Below, piece by piece: positions 41,385 through 52,512 of a stretch of DNA of 64,000 nt (position 1 is its first letter; each line of letters opens with the position of its first letter). The position numbers were made by a program, and so were the translations under genes. Origin of the DNA: Eledone cirrhosa (taxonomy: Eukaryota); contig OZ024743.1 in assembly GCA_964016885.1 (NCBI GenBank), positions 168,454,001 through 168,518,000 of the forward strand, given 5' to 3'. The notes beneath the pieces are model-generated. The model ran no database searches, was not told the DNA's origin, and was given only the letters and a program-made list of their open reading frames with translations.

Positions 41385-41700
41385 TAATTTTTATTGAAAT
41401 CCAATTACCCAGTCCTGTTTCTGAATATTAACTTAACATGTGTGTAAAGGTTCATGAGGATCGGATCACCGGTATAGGCGCCCACTAGTTATACACAGAT
41501 ACACAGATACACTGACAGGCAGAAATTTCCATTTATATAATAGATATATCTACTATAAAAATGTCAATTTCTGTTTCTGTGTTACCAGTTGGCGACTGAA
41601 CCATTGATCCGATCCTGATGAAACCTTACACACATGTTAAGCTAATATTCAGGAACAGGGCTGGCTAATTGGATTTCAATATAAATCAATAATCGAAGAC
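41385..41700. mobile_element. Two related Helitron-like 5' ends, head-to-head around ~41545
   Basis: Imperfect inverted arms, each starting TCTA(C/T)TATA...atttctg. Confidence 0.5.
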
Positions 41701-41878
41701 CTGGGGACATTAAACCCGCCCTCCCACTATTCCCCTTTCTCCTTCCACCACTCAATCCTCCAAAATGAGGCAACAACTTATTTGTTTTTTGTTCTTCATT
41801 CTGTAGAGAAAGAGAGAGAGGGAGGAGATAAGATAGAATGAGAGGGGATGAGAGAGAGACGATAAGAGAGAGAGGGGG

Positions 41879-41921
<43 letters not shown>

Positions 41922-43268
41922 GAGAGCCAAAGAAACTGAGAGAGGGGGATTAGGGAGAGAGAAAGATAACAGAAAATGAAAGTATAGTTCGATAACTAAC
42001 TTTTATTTATTTATTTTTTAAACGCTTCTTAACTCACTCCTTTCTTAACGTTACTTCTCTTTCTCTCTCTCTCTCTTTCACAAAAGTTATAATGGGACTG
42101 TGTGGATATTAAGAGCGTGTGTGTCTCGGCGTTCTTAAATTAGAGACAAGTGTGTGTGTGTGTTTATCACCGTACTTAAGTTAGAGGCATATGTATCCCA
42201 GTCTACTGTCTCATGTATGTATATATATGAAGCAAAAAGGAAACGTTGTATGTCACAACTCCATCTACTAGAAATATTAGCAAAATCCATTTCAAATCAC
42301 AGCGAACAGCCTTACAGACACAAATACACACACATGCATGTGTGTGTGTATGTATGTCATGGAAGCCGCTATAACTGTTGGTGTACCTAAAAGAAATAGA
42401 AAACAAATCTCTCTCAAACAAGATCCTACTGCTATAGAGGTAAAAGTTGGTGAAAGCTACAGTGTAAAAATTGTAATTAACCCAGGCTCTGCTGCACTTT
42501 GGGCCAAGGAGCGTAAACTCTCCAAATATTGGTCGCTCTCCGACAGGTTTGTTGTTGAGCCCATAGGAATGGAGACTTCTTGGCTGTAGGGCTACCTCCC
42601 AACTCACCACCATCGGCACAGAGTTGGCTTCCCGTAGGGGTGAGCCTCGCAAGCCGAAATGGATTTTCCAGTGCGTCTCCCTCAGCATCCTCTATTCCGA
42701 CCGCCTGGGCTGCGTGGCGGCCAGCGCATGGAACCCCATTTGCTCATGAGTGATGGAGAGATCGGTAGAGATGGAGGCAGTGACAGTGGGAGTTTGGTTG
42801 CTGGTGTATATGTATATATTTACCACACTTATACACACTTAAATAAACTTTCCTGAATTACAGAAATGAGTAAGTAAATTCTTCATTCATTTTTTATTGT
42901 ATTTTATTTGTGCTTTTTAAAATAGCCTTCACATTTACTTTGAATTTTAGAGGTTCTGATTGCGCAAAAAAAAAAAGATAAATAAAATCTAAATTGATAT
43001 TTTTGGTCTCGCCCTTTTAATTGACAACATACCTAATGATTCTTCCAAGTGCGAAGCATTATATATGCTGACTGTAATAGGGAACAGTATTAAACATTTA
43101 CCACTGGACAAAACTAATAATATTTTTATCTACATGATTTGCTTTAAACAAATGGCAATACATATTCCGCTATAATTCATAATTTAGTTAAAATTCAGCA
43201 ATCATATTTCAATGGTCAAATATTGTAACTTTAATAAAATACTTGGGAATCACCAGGTAGCTCAACTA

Positions 43269-43347
<79 letters not shown>

Positions 43348-43352
<5 letters not shown>

Positions 43353-44150
43353 TAAGATAAGCAGAACAAGTAAAATTCAATCAATTTTTTAAAATACATT
43401 AAAAAATATAATATAAATATTTACCTCTCCTAGTGGCCCTTACTGATCAGTTTCGCTTTGTAAAACCTCATAAATCCGATGGATTTATGATGGAAAACCA
43501 AAGCGCATCAGAGAAGCATTTTCCCCTCCTAGGGCTAAACGTCCCAGGAACGACAAAATATATAACCTTCTGCCAGCAAATAAAGGTCTGAAAGGTCGTA
43601 AAAGTGACCCGTATGTAAACTGGACCGAAGTAAAAGCGGGAAAATCAAAGACTTGCTGTCTACAATTACTACTAAAAAAATAGCAGCTAAATAGAACAGC
43701 AGAATTGTTCTCAACAGACGGAGAAAGAGATTGAAGTTAATATGTCCAGGGATACTAGGTACCCCCAGAAATACATAGGTTGTCTATGATTCAAGGTTGT
43801 TCAATGGTATTAATTTGATACACCAGAACTTTAATATTAAGATAAGCAGAACAAGTAAAATTCAATCAATTTTTTAAAATACATTAAAAAATATAATATA
43901 AATATTTACCTCTCCTAGTGGCCCTTACTGATCAGTTTCGCTTTGTAAAACCTCATAAATCCGATGGATTTATGATGGAAAACCAAAGCTCATCAGAGAA
44001 GCATTTTCCTCTCCTAGGGCTAAACGTCCCAGGAACGACAAAATATATAACCTCCTGCCAGCAAATAAAGGTCTGAAAGGTCGTAAAAGTGACCCGTATG
44101 TAAACTGGACCGAAGTAAAAGCGTATCCCTGGACATATTAACTTCAATCT
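43348..44150 (-). mobile_element. Retrozyme-like 485-bp tandem (1.6 copies) with a terminal micro-inversion
   Basis: tactgatcagtttcg at 43441 and 43926; 44124-44150 is the reverse complement of ~43728-43754; flanked by (TA)n. Confidence 0.85.
43922..44000 (-). ncRNA. Type I hammerhead, long stem II, GUA site (the copy at 43437-43515 has CTGATGC)
   Basis: Minus: ttct CTGATGA GCTTTG..[tcataaatcc-atc-ggatttatga]..CAAAGC GAAA CTGATCAG TA aggg. Confidence 0.78.
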
Positions 44151-44169
44151 ATATATTTATATATATATA

Positions 44170-45897
44170 TATATAACTCATAAGCAATGCATGCGACACT
44201 TCAACTAATAAATACATACAATTAACACCAGCAGAAGACTTAAAACTCAGACCAATTATAGCAGGCCACCATGCATGTCAAGCCCACAGACTTAGCAACT
44301 TCCTGGATATCTTACTAAAGCCCTTACTAAAGCACATACAGAGTTACATACGGGATGACCTGGACATGCTGAACTACCTCCCCAAAACAGTAAGTGTAAA
44401 CACTATTCTAGTCTCCTTTGACGTAGTAAATCTCTACACTAACATACCCCATAACTATGGAATAACAGCAATCCAGTTTTGGCTAAACACTCACCAATGA
44501 GAAATGCCAACACGCATCAACAAAAACTTCCTTATTGATGGACTCCGATATATCTTACAGAATATTCCCTTTACTTTCAATGACTCAACATACCGACAAA
44601 TCTCAGGAACTGCAATGGGCACAAAGGTAGCCCCCATATACGCCAATTTAGTCATGGGATTCTGCGAACAACAAATCTACAACCAATCCCTTCTATTATT
44701 CGGAGATTCTTTCCTTACACGTCTCAAAAACAACTGGAAGAGATACTTAGACGATTGCTTCATACTATGGCAGGAAGACATAAATACACTCACTCTTTTC
44801 AAAAATATGATAAATAACATTAACAATAATATACAATTCACAATGGAATCTAACTCCAAGGAATTAGCCTTCTTAGATATTCTCATTCAAAAAACAGATG
44901 GGAAATAGAAACAGACATCTTTTACAAACCGACAGACTCCAAACAGTACCTCCTATTCACATCAAATCATCCAAAATATACAAAACTTAACATCCCTTTC
45001 AATTTAGCCAAACGTATATGCATCTTAATATCAGACCCAGCTAAACGGGAACAAAGACTAAATGAACTCAAAAACACACTTACCTTAAGAGCCTTCCCAC
45101 TTGACATAATTAATAACGGAATATACAAAGCAAAATACGCAAATGTTCATCAACCCAACAACTAAAAGCACAGAGCCAGAAACAATACCTTACCATATGT
45201 ATCCACGTTCAACCCCAGAAACAGCGAAATGTTCGACCTCCTACACAAAAATCTCACCATTCTATTCAAAGTTGAAAAAATGAAAAAAATTCTAGAAACA
45301 CGCAAGATCATCAGAAGCAAAAGGCAACCAGAATGACTAAAACACATTCTCACTGGAACAAAGATACACAAACCTATCTCCAGCCTTACGGTAACAAAAT
45401 GCGGAAGAACAAACTGTGGAACATGCCTATAGTTAATTGAAGGACAAAAATTCATGTTTAAAGATGGCCAAACATTCACAGTGAAAACAACTTCACTCGC
45501 AACTCGGGGAACCTGATCTATGTAATCACATGTGGTAGTTGTCGACATAACTATATAGGACAGACGGAGTTGTCATTACGCAAAAGAATGATCATCTATC
45601 GCCAACAAATCCGAGACGTAAACACAAGGAAAATCCCCTTAAGTAGTCACATTGCAGTTTGTGCAGGAATGACTCTACCCACCTTTAAAATCTTCCCCCT
45701 TTCCAAGTGCCCCGATTCTTTCCCTCAACAACAAAGAATAAATACTATTTATTAACAGATTTAAACCTAAACTAAATATGTAATCACCCTCATTAGACCC
45801 CCCCCCCCATACACACAACACAAAGGGATCTGTGACAAACAGGCTGAAACACACACACACACACCACGACCCTCTTCTCACCCACACACATGTGCAC

Positions 45898-45955
<58 letters not shown>

Positions 45956-46770
45956 ATATGTGTGAAAGAAGTTTTTTTTTAGAAGGAAGGGAGAATCTTT
46001 TAAAGATATTTTTAATTTTTTTTATTTTTAAAGAAAATGTTTTTTGATTTTTAAATTTTTGGAGTCTGAGAATCCTTTGGATTTTAGGTTTTAATTTTTG
46101 ACAATTTTCTGAATTTTGAATAAAAAATTGTTTTCTTAATTTCCTTACACAAGGGTATAGACAGGCTGAAAAAGACACACAAACACACAACAACCCCATG
46201 CATACACACGCACGAGTCTATTGCTAAAGGGACTGTGACAGACAAACTGAAAACACACACACACACATGTGTGTATTGTTGTATATACACCCTCACTCTC
46301 TCTATATATATATATATATGTGTGTATGTGTGTATGTATGTGTATGTACAAACTGCCTGAAGCCACATATCAATAATAGAATTTCTCATACAATCCCACT
46401 ACTACTTCTTCAGAATTCACCTGTAACTTACAATCGCCTATCCCCTTTTGAACTATTGACCACTCGATTAACAATACACTCACAGGATGTTTTTCAAAAC
46501 ACAACTTTCTCCTGTGAAGAAAAACAAGTAACCTCTTTTCACCCAATTTTTCAGCAAGAAGGATGGCAGAAAATTTATCCAAACATTTGATTTTGATTTT
46601 AATTTTAGACCCTTCATTTTTAAGTCTTATCAACTCTTTTTAATTTTTTACACTCAACATTTGATAAGATGGATTTTAATAACACATCGAAACCGGTAAT
46701 TCTTCACATACTTTATACATTATATAAAAAAAAAATTTTTTAAAGAATTGTTCCTCTCATTTTTTTAATA
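44170..46770 (+). mobile_element. Penelope-like element (RT plus GIY-YIG ~44200-45783, decayed) with 3' tail
   Basis: LRPIIAG, SFDVVNLYTNIP, GTAMGTKVAPIYANL, WKRYLDDCF, AFLDI, YKPTD, CGRTNCGTC, LIYVITC...YIGQT, RFKPKLN; stops and frameshifts. Confidence 0.9.
46657..46702 (+). ncRNA. Hammerhead-like motif with U3-A8 core variant in the PLE tail
   Basis: TTGATAA GATG-(13 nt)-CATC GAAA CCGG TA; stem I only ~2 bp. Confidence 0.55.
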
Positions 46771-46774
46771 ATTG

Positions 46775-46948
46775 TTTCTATGTTAGGCACAAGGCCAGCA
46801 ATTACCCAGTACATTACTGGTACTTTATTTTATCGACCCCGTAAGGATGACAGGCAAAGTTAACCTCGGCCGGATTTGAACTCAGATCGTAAAGGGACGT
46901 AACTATGCTGGAAAGCATGTCCGACCCTCCACCGATACTGCCAATTCA
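46775..46948 (-). mobile_element. tRNA-derived SINE (Deu/Nin-like)
   Basis: Reverse complement of the family sequence. Confidence 0.8.
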
Positions 46949-47090
46949 AATTCAAATGTTATCTTTCCATAATGTCACTTTGATGAATAAAAAAAAAAAA
47001 AAACCCTTAAATATATTTCCCGTGCTATTTCCAACTTCACCTTTTCACTGTTTTGTATAGAAGCCTTACTTCCCTTTTCTAATATATATA

Positions 47091-47410
47091 TCTATATATC
47101 TAAAACAGACAATATCTGTGTGACTCCCTAAAACTTGAGAACCAACCAACCGATTGTTTTCAAGCTTTACACATGTAATACTTATGGTCCTGTGAGTGTT
47201 TTGAGCGAAAGATATTTCAAATTTTCAATGCCCTAGGGACGGCAGTAGGCGATTTTGCGATCTCTCTCTATAATTCGTAGTCTTCCTTTTTAGATAGATA
47301 CATAGCTATAACGTCGCGCCCTTATAATATATGTCTGTAGTATGTCTGCTGTCTGCATTACAACATTATGACGCTATATGTGTGTGTGTGTATATCTGTA
47401 TATATATAGG

Positions 47411-47452
<42 letters not shown>

Positions 47453-47563
47453 TATAACGTTTTTCGAAATAATTATTTCTGCGTTCACAGATTGATTTTT
47501 TAATTTCAAAAGATCCCGTTGGGGGTGAAAGCACCGATTCTTTGCTGAAACTTTAATCTGTTA

Positions 47564-47599
<36 letters not shown>

Positions 47600-47857
47600 T
47601 ATATTCGTGTACAGATATTTTTGCATACGCAATAACAAAATATTAAAAAAAGTATTTATTTCGCGATAAAGTATTGATTTTCTTCGCACGGAAAAAAACC
47701 CCTGGTAATCTACGACGAATTTTTTTATATAAGCACAAATTGTAGACACCATCCTGATGCCGAGGTATTCCATACTTCTCTCTACTGTTTCAGAAAGGGG
47801 GGATAAACATGCCAATCTATGTTTAGAATCCCGAGCAACGCCGTGCCATTCTGCTAG
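47091..47857 (+). mobile_element. Complete non-autonomous Helitron carrying a captured PLE-tail segment (~47455-47575)
   Basis: A|TC...cccgagcaacgccgtgccattctgCTAG|T; inserted at an AT dinucleotide. Confidence 0.8.
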
Positions 47858-47980
47858 TATATATATATTATGTATAGAAATTTCGTATTTCTAAAGAAAT
47901 ACGGTTTTAGGAAGCCGTAGCTATGCAAACATCGGGGGGCTAACGCCCTCTGATGGTGTCCAGCAGAAGCAAGGGGGACA

Positions 47981-48024
47981 ACCGTCTATGCATTTCAGGC
48001 TTGGCTGGCCATCGTCAGGACGAT
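47981..48024 (-). ncRNA. Minimal type I hammerhead, AUA site
   Basis: Minus: atcgtc CTGACGA T-GGC-cagccaa-GCC-T GAAA TGCA TA gacggt. Confidence 0.8.
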
Positions 48025-48283
48025 CCCTTCCACCGCTTGCGACTTCTGAACTTGGAAACAGCCGAGAATATATAGTTTTCTCGTCTGTGTAAATGCGGTG
48101 ATTAACCTCATTTGCATATGAAGCTGCATAAGTTGGCTCAACTTATAATAGAAAAGAAATAAGATTTCGCTTCAAGCATTGCTTTATACAATATGTATAG
48201 AAATTTAGTATTTCTAAAGAAATACGGTTTTAGGAAGACGTAGCTACGTCCACTGGTGGTGTCCAGCAGAAGCAAGGGGGACA

Positions 48284-48327
48284 ACCGTCTATGCATTTCA
48301 GGCTTGACTGGCCATTGTCAGGACGAT
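48284..48327 (-). ncRNA. Hammerhead copy with G8-to-A change (probably inactive)
   Basis: Minus: atcgtc CTGACAA TGGC...GCCT GAAA TGCA TA gacggt. Confidence 0.7.
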
Positions 48328-48536
48328 CCCTCGCCGTATTTCTTTAGAAATACGAAATTTCTATATATATTGTATAAAGCTATGCTTGAAGCGAAGTCTT
48401 ATTCCTTTTCTATTATAAGTTGAGCCAACTTTTGCAGCTTCATATGCAAATGAGATTAATCACCGCATTGACACAGACGAGAAAACTATATATTCTCGGC
48501 TGTTTCCAAGTTCAGCAGTCGCAAGCGGTGGGAGGG

Positions 48537-48580
48537 ATCGTCCTGACGATAGCGAGTCAAGCCTGAAATGCATAGACGGT
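48537..48580 (+). ncRNA. Minimal type I hammerhead, intact core, weakened stem II
   Basis: atcgtc CTGACGA TAGC-gagtcaa-GCCT GAAA TGCA TA gacggt. Confidence 0.72.
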
Positions 48581-49152
48581 TGTCCCCCTTACTTCTGCAG
48601 GTCACCACCAGAGGGCGGTGTTTGCATAGCTACGGGTTCCTGAAACCGTATTTCTTTAGAAATACGAAATTTCTATTCATATTGTATAAAGCTAATCTTC
48701 AAGCGAAATCTTATTTCTTTTATATATATATATATATATATACGTATATATATATAATAAAGCCAAGTGATAATTCTCCCTTTCCAAAATTGTTACTGGT
48801 ACGGACAGTTCGGGGAATCTGTCCTTACACTGAGGGAGTCTTTTGACAAGCTGACTATCTAGGTGTTCTTTTACTGCACTTTGGCTGCACACCAGTCGGT
48901 GAAACTGGGCAGTCGACACTACAAAGATAAGTAGGTATTTTTTGTCTATTTATTCTTCATACTTATAATTTTATATATGTATATAATATATATATATATA
49001 TACATACAAATATATGAGTGTATGTATGTGTATTTTACAAAGGGAAACTAGATAGAAAATATATATCATTATTGCTTTACAATATCAATAACATCACCAT
49101 CTTTATTAAACCACGTTCATTTAAACTCTTTTCATTTCTCCTTTCTTCACAG

Positions 49153-49801
49153 GGATGGCAAAGGTTTCAGAGCCAAGGATGCCTTTCCTATGGAAGTAGT
49201 TGATATGATACTTGAGAACAATGAAAATGGAAATTATTGTGTTGACACAGCTGAATTATTTCGACAAGACACCGAAAAGTACTTCCCCTCTGCTAATCAG
49301 GAGGAACTGAACGGTAACTTACGACTAGGCGCTGCCTGTATTCCAAACCCACCCTGTGAAACATTTCAGACAATTAATTGTTCGAGTGAAGCCGTACAAC
49401 GTTGCAGCAATTCTTCAACAGTTTACAGCGTTGCCAATACTGTGTCGAATAACCTTAAGGATAACTGTAACAATATACAAAACATCAGAGACAGTGTGTG
49501 TGTAGCAGTGAGCTCAGCACCTAATCTGAGGCCATCTCTCGGAACGAAGATTAGAGCACCTGTTCAGAAGGTCAGTGAACAGGTCCTTATTAACCCGATT
49601 CCGACTACCAATAGACACGTGTCAGTCGCCACAAACCGTCAGAGTTCAGCGTCTGCTATTTGCTCTAACATTGACTTGGCATTGGACTCAACGGCATTAG
49701 CAGTAACATCTGTTGCCGTAACAGATGCCCAAGGGATCATCGGAACTGAGAATCTAATTAGACAAATTCCTGCAGACGTAAATGCCGTTGGAAATGATCA
49801 G
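49153..49801 (+). CDS. Probable internal coding exon of an unidentified host gene (S/T/N/A/V-rich, likely disordered region)
   Basis: Pyrimidine tract plus cacAG acceptor; 649 nt open (DGKGFRAKDAFPMEVVDMILENN...AVGNDQ); CAG|GTAATT donor exactly where the ORF turns into (ATT)n; no transposon motifs. Confidence 0.7.
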
Positions 49802-49939
49802 GTAATTATTATTATTATTGTTATCAACATCACCACCATCACCACTATCACTAGCACTGCTACTATCATAAACAACATCATCATGTAGCTGTGAACATTT
49901 TTATGTTCCTAAGGTGAGTGCATTATTTATTGTCTTTTG

Positions 49940-50335
49940 GGCGGTGGATTGGCAGTATCGGTAGAGGGTCGGACGCCATGCTTTGCAGCAAAGAGTTACG
50001 GTCTTTTATGGTCTGATTTCAAATCCCGCCGAGGTTAACTTTGCCTTTCATCTTTACGGGGTCGATAAAATAAAGTACCAGTAATACACTGGGATAATTG
50101 CTGGCCTTGTGCCAAAAGTAGAAACAATTATTTATTGTCTTTTGGTGGTGAATTGGCAGTATCGGTAGAGGGTCGGATGTCATGCTTTGCAGCAAAGAGT
50201 TACGTCCCTTTATGGTCTGAGTTCAAATCCCGCCGAGGTTAACTTTGCCTTTCATCCTTAAGGGTCGATAAAATAAAGTACCAGTAATACATTGGGATAA
50301 TTGCTGGCCTTGTGCCAAAAGTAGAAACAATTATT
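49940..50335 (+). mobile_element. Tandem pair of Deu/Nin-like SINEs
   Basis: Two full copies, with ttattgtcttttgg before, between and after them. Confidence 0.9.
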
Positions 50336-50879
50336 GTCTTTTGGGAATGTAGAAATGCGTTTCTATACTACATCAGTTTTGCATTGCTGTGACGTTTGGT
50401 ATTTTTTTTCTGGTGTTAATTTAGTGTTTCATCTATTTTGGAGGGTATTCAATATACGGCTTATTTTATTTTGTTGGTTCATGTGTTTCTGTATCCTAAA
50501 TATAATGTGATAGTTGTTGTACTGTTATGTCAGTTATTGTATTGTTAAGTAAAGTTGTTATATTGTCAGATAAAGATTATGTTTTTGTTTGAGTTGTTAT
50601 ATTGTCAGGTAACGATCATGTGTTAACTAAGTTGTTATATTGTCGGATAAAGATTATATGTTGTGTCATTTTATTGGCTGTAGAGTATGTTGAGTATGTG
50701 TTGTGTGGTATTATCTTGGGGAGATTTTATTGAATATAATTTAAATGCAGTGGGTGTACTATTTGAGTTGTGTTATTGAATAGAATCATTGTTGCGTATG
50801 ATGGGGTCTGTGTCTAGCTAGAATTTGTTTTAGACTGTATGTAATGTTGAATCCTGTTTTTTCATATCTGGTGCAATCT

Positions 50880-51450
50880 CTGTCCGTACTGTTTTCATTT
50901 TCATGCCCTACCCGCTAAGTATCTCAATTTCAAGGTACTTCTATTTAGGGAGTTGTTGCACCTATTTCAGAACAATTTTTTATTCAAAACATGTGGAGAT
51001 ATCTATCAGAGTACCGAGAATTTCATTCCAGTCATTAGATATTATATTTTGTCACCTTTGCCTTTATTATCTCTTTGTCATTCTACCAGATGATGGTAGC
51101 CAAATCGTTGGCATATACTCGGTTCGGTGACTGTTAATATCACATCATATCCGTTTTTCCCGTCAAAGTATTCACACATAACCCAATGGTTACAGCTGTA
51201 GACTTGATCACTTTTGTGAATACAATCGGACTTAGCATAATAATTATCACTGTTATTGGCTGAGATTAGAGGAAGAAGTGTTTCCTTCTAGTGTGTTTTA
51301 TGAAAGATGGGCCAGAGTAGCGAGATTGAAGAGGTTGAATGGGTCTACCCTGAATCTACCTTTCCAAGCAGGAGAAGAGAAACCGGAAAATGCTCTTTTA
51401 ACGGCAACAGAGAAATCTAGATTTTGTGTGAGGTTCTTTTTGGGAATATT
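50880..51450 (-). pseudogene. Highly decayed PLE 3' fragment (tentative)
   Basis: Minus NNSLNRS...EILSG..HEN resembles the PLE C-terminus seen elsewhere in the window. Confidence 0.3.
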
Positions 51451-51626
51451 CTATTGGAAAACTGTTACTAGCTGACATTTCTTATTGTTTTATATTATTA
51501 TCATGACTATTTATTACAATTACTGTTATTGTTATACCAAATAATTTTCTTTTTGTGATGTCTCCTTTCCTTTGCTCAATGTAAACGCCGATATAAGAAA
51601 CTATTACAATTATTTCACAATTTAAG

Positions 51627-51825
51627 GGCGGTGGATTGGCAGTATCGGTAAAGCGTTGGGCAATATGCTTTGTGGCATAGAGGCATGGCCTTTTATGGTT
51701 TGAGTTCAAATCCCGCCGAGCTTAGCCTTGCCTTTCATCATTACCGGGTCGATAAAGTAAAGCACTAGTAATGCACTGGGGTCGATTTAATCAACATTTC
51801 TCACCCCCAAAATGGTTGGCCATTA
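51627..51825 (+). mobile_element. tRNA-derived SINE (Deu/Nin-like); further partial copies at ~40900-41000, 56960-57050, 60710-60840 (-) and 62410-62523
   Basis: Match to family. Confidence 0.8.
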
Positions 51826-51959
51826 TTTGAATATTTATCACAACCAACTTTGTTGTTGCCTGGCGCCGGTTATTTAGGGAATACCTGGCTACAATTAGTA
51901 ATCTAGGGTAATTCGAACATTTTCATATCATTCCCTGTCATTTCACTACCGCTGGTAGT

Positions 51960-52266
51960 CCAGAACCTTTCTTAATATTCGAGTGTTCCCAATAGGCATG
52001 GCTTCCGGAACGGTTAGTCCGTTGTGCAAAGTCTGTTTACGGCAGGTAGTTTTCAAGGTTCTTTGTCTCCATGTCAAGAGCACCAAACACCAACGGCGAC
52101 TGTTTTCATTTCTTTACTCCAGCATGTCATATTTTATGTCGATATATTTCCCTACTTTATCCTCTTTTCGTTAAATTTTAGTGTCAAATGTACACGCTCC
52201 ATCTATGAGGGTACAGTTTCTTTTCTCCTTCACAATTACAACAATATCTGGTACGTTGTGTTCAAT
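51960..52266 (-). mobile_element. R4-type RLE 3' fragment abutting (TTC)n at 52266-52397
   Basis: IEHNVPDIVVIVKEKRNCTLIDGAC and a frameshifted ACLLGT...ILRKVL terminus. Confidence 0.7.
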
Positions 52267-52512
52267 CTTCTTCTTCTTCTTCTTCTTCTTCTTCTTCTTC
52301 TTCTTCTTCTTCTTCTTCTTCTTCTTCTTCTTCTTCTTCTTCTTCTTCTTCTTCTTCTTCTTCTTCTTCTTCTTCTTCTTCTTCTTCTTCTTCTTCTTTC
52401 GTTTAGATCTGTTCTGTATACGCGTATACGCGTGAATGTATGTATGTATGTATGTATGTATGTATGTATGTATGTATGTATGTATGTATGTATGTATGTA
52501 TGTATGTATGTA

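Larger units (their letters stand above)
47870..48721. mobile_element. Non-LTR retrozyme-like array: 323-bp monomer, ~1.4 copies (-) joined to ~1.2 copies (+), one HHR per monomer
   Basis: Monomer start atgtatagaaattt at 47870 and 48193; inversion junction ~48333; flanked by (TA)n; no meaningful ORF. Confidence 0.85.

Noticed and set aside
44498-45336. In-frame TGA codons in the PLE ORF, as possible selenocysteine like Naiad PLEs
   Set aside because: The copy also has frameshifts and a TAG stop, the TGAs are not at Cys-like positions, and the endonuclease is C-terminal; ordinary decay explains them.
48444-48451. Octamer motif ATGCAAAT in the 323-bp unit (also ~37670 in the 425-bp unit)
   Set aside because: An 8-mer in AT-rich DNA with no supporting promoter elements; it cannot be called regulatory.
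49940-50030. tRNA-like heads
   Set aside because: These are SINE heads with A/B-box-like motifs and no complete cloverleaf.
50552-50660. Three ~40-bp repeats containing agttgttatattgtc, as a possible CRISPR-like array
   Set aside because: Degenerate minisatellite with non-unique spacers in eukaryotic DNA; no cas genes.
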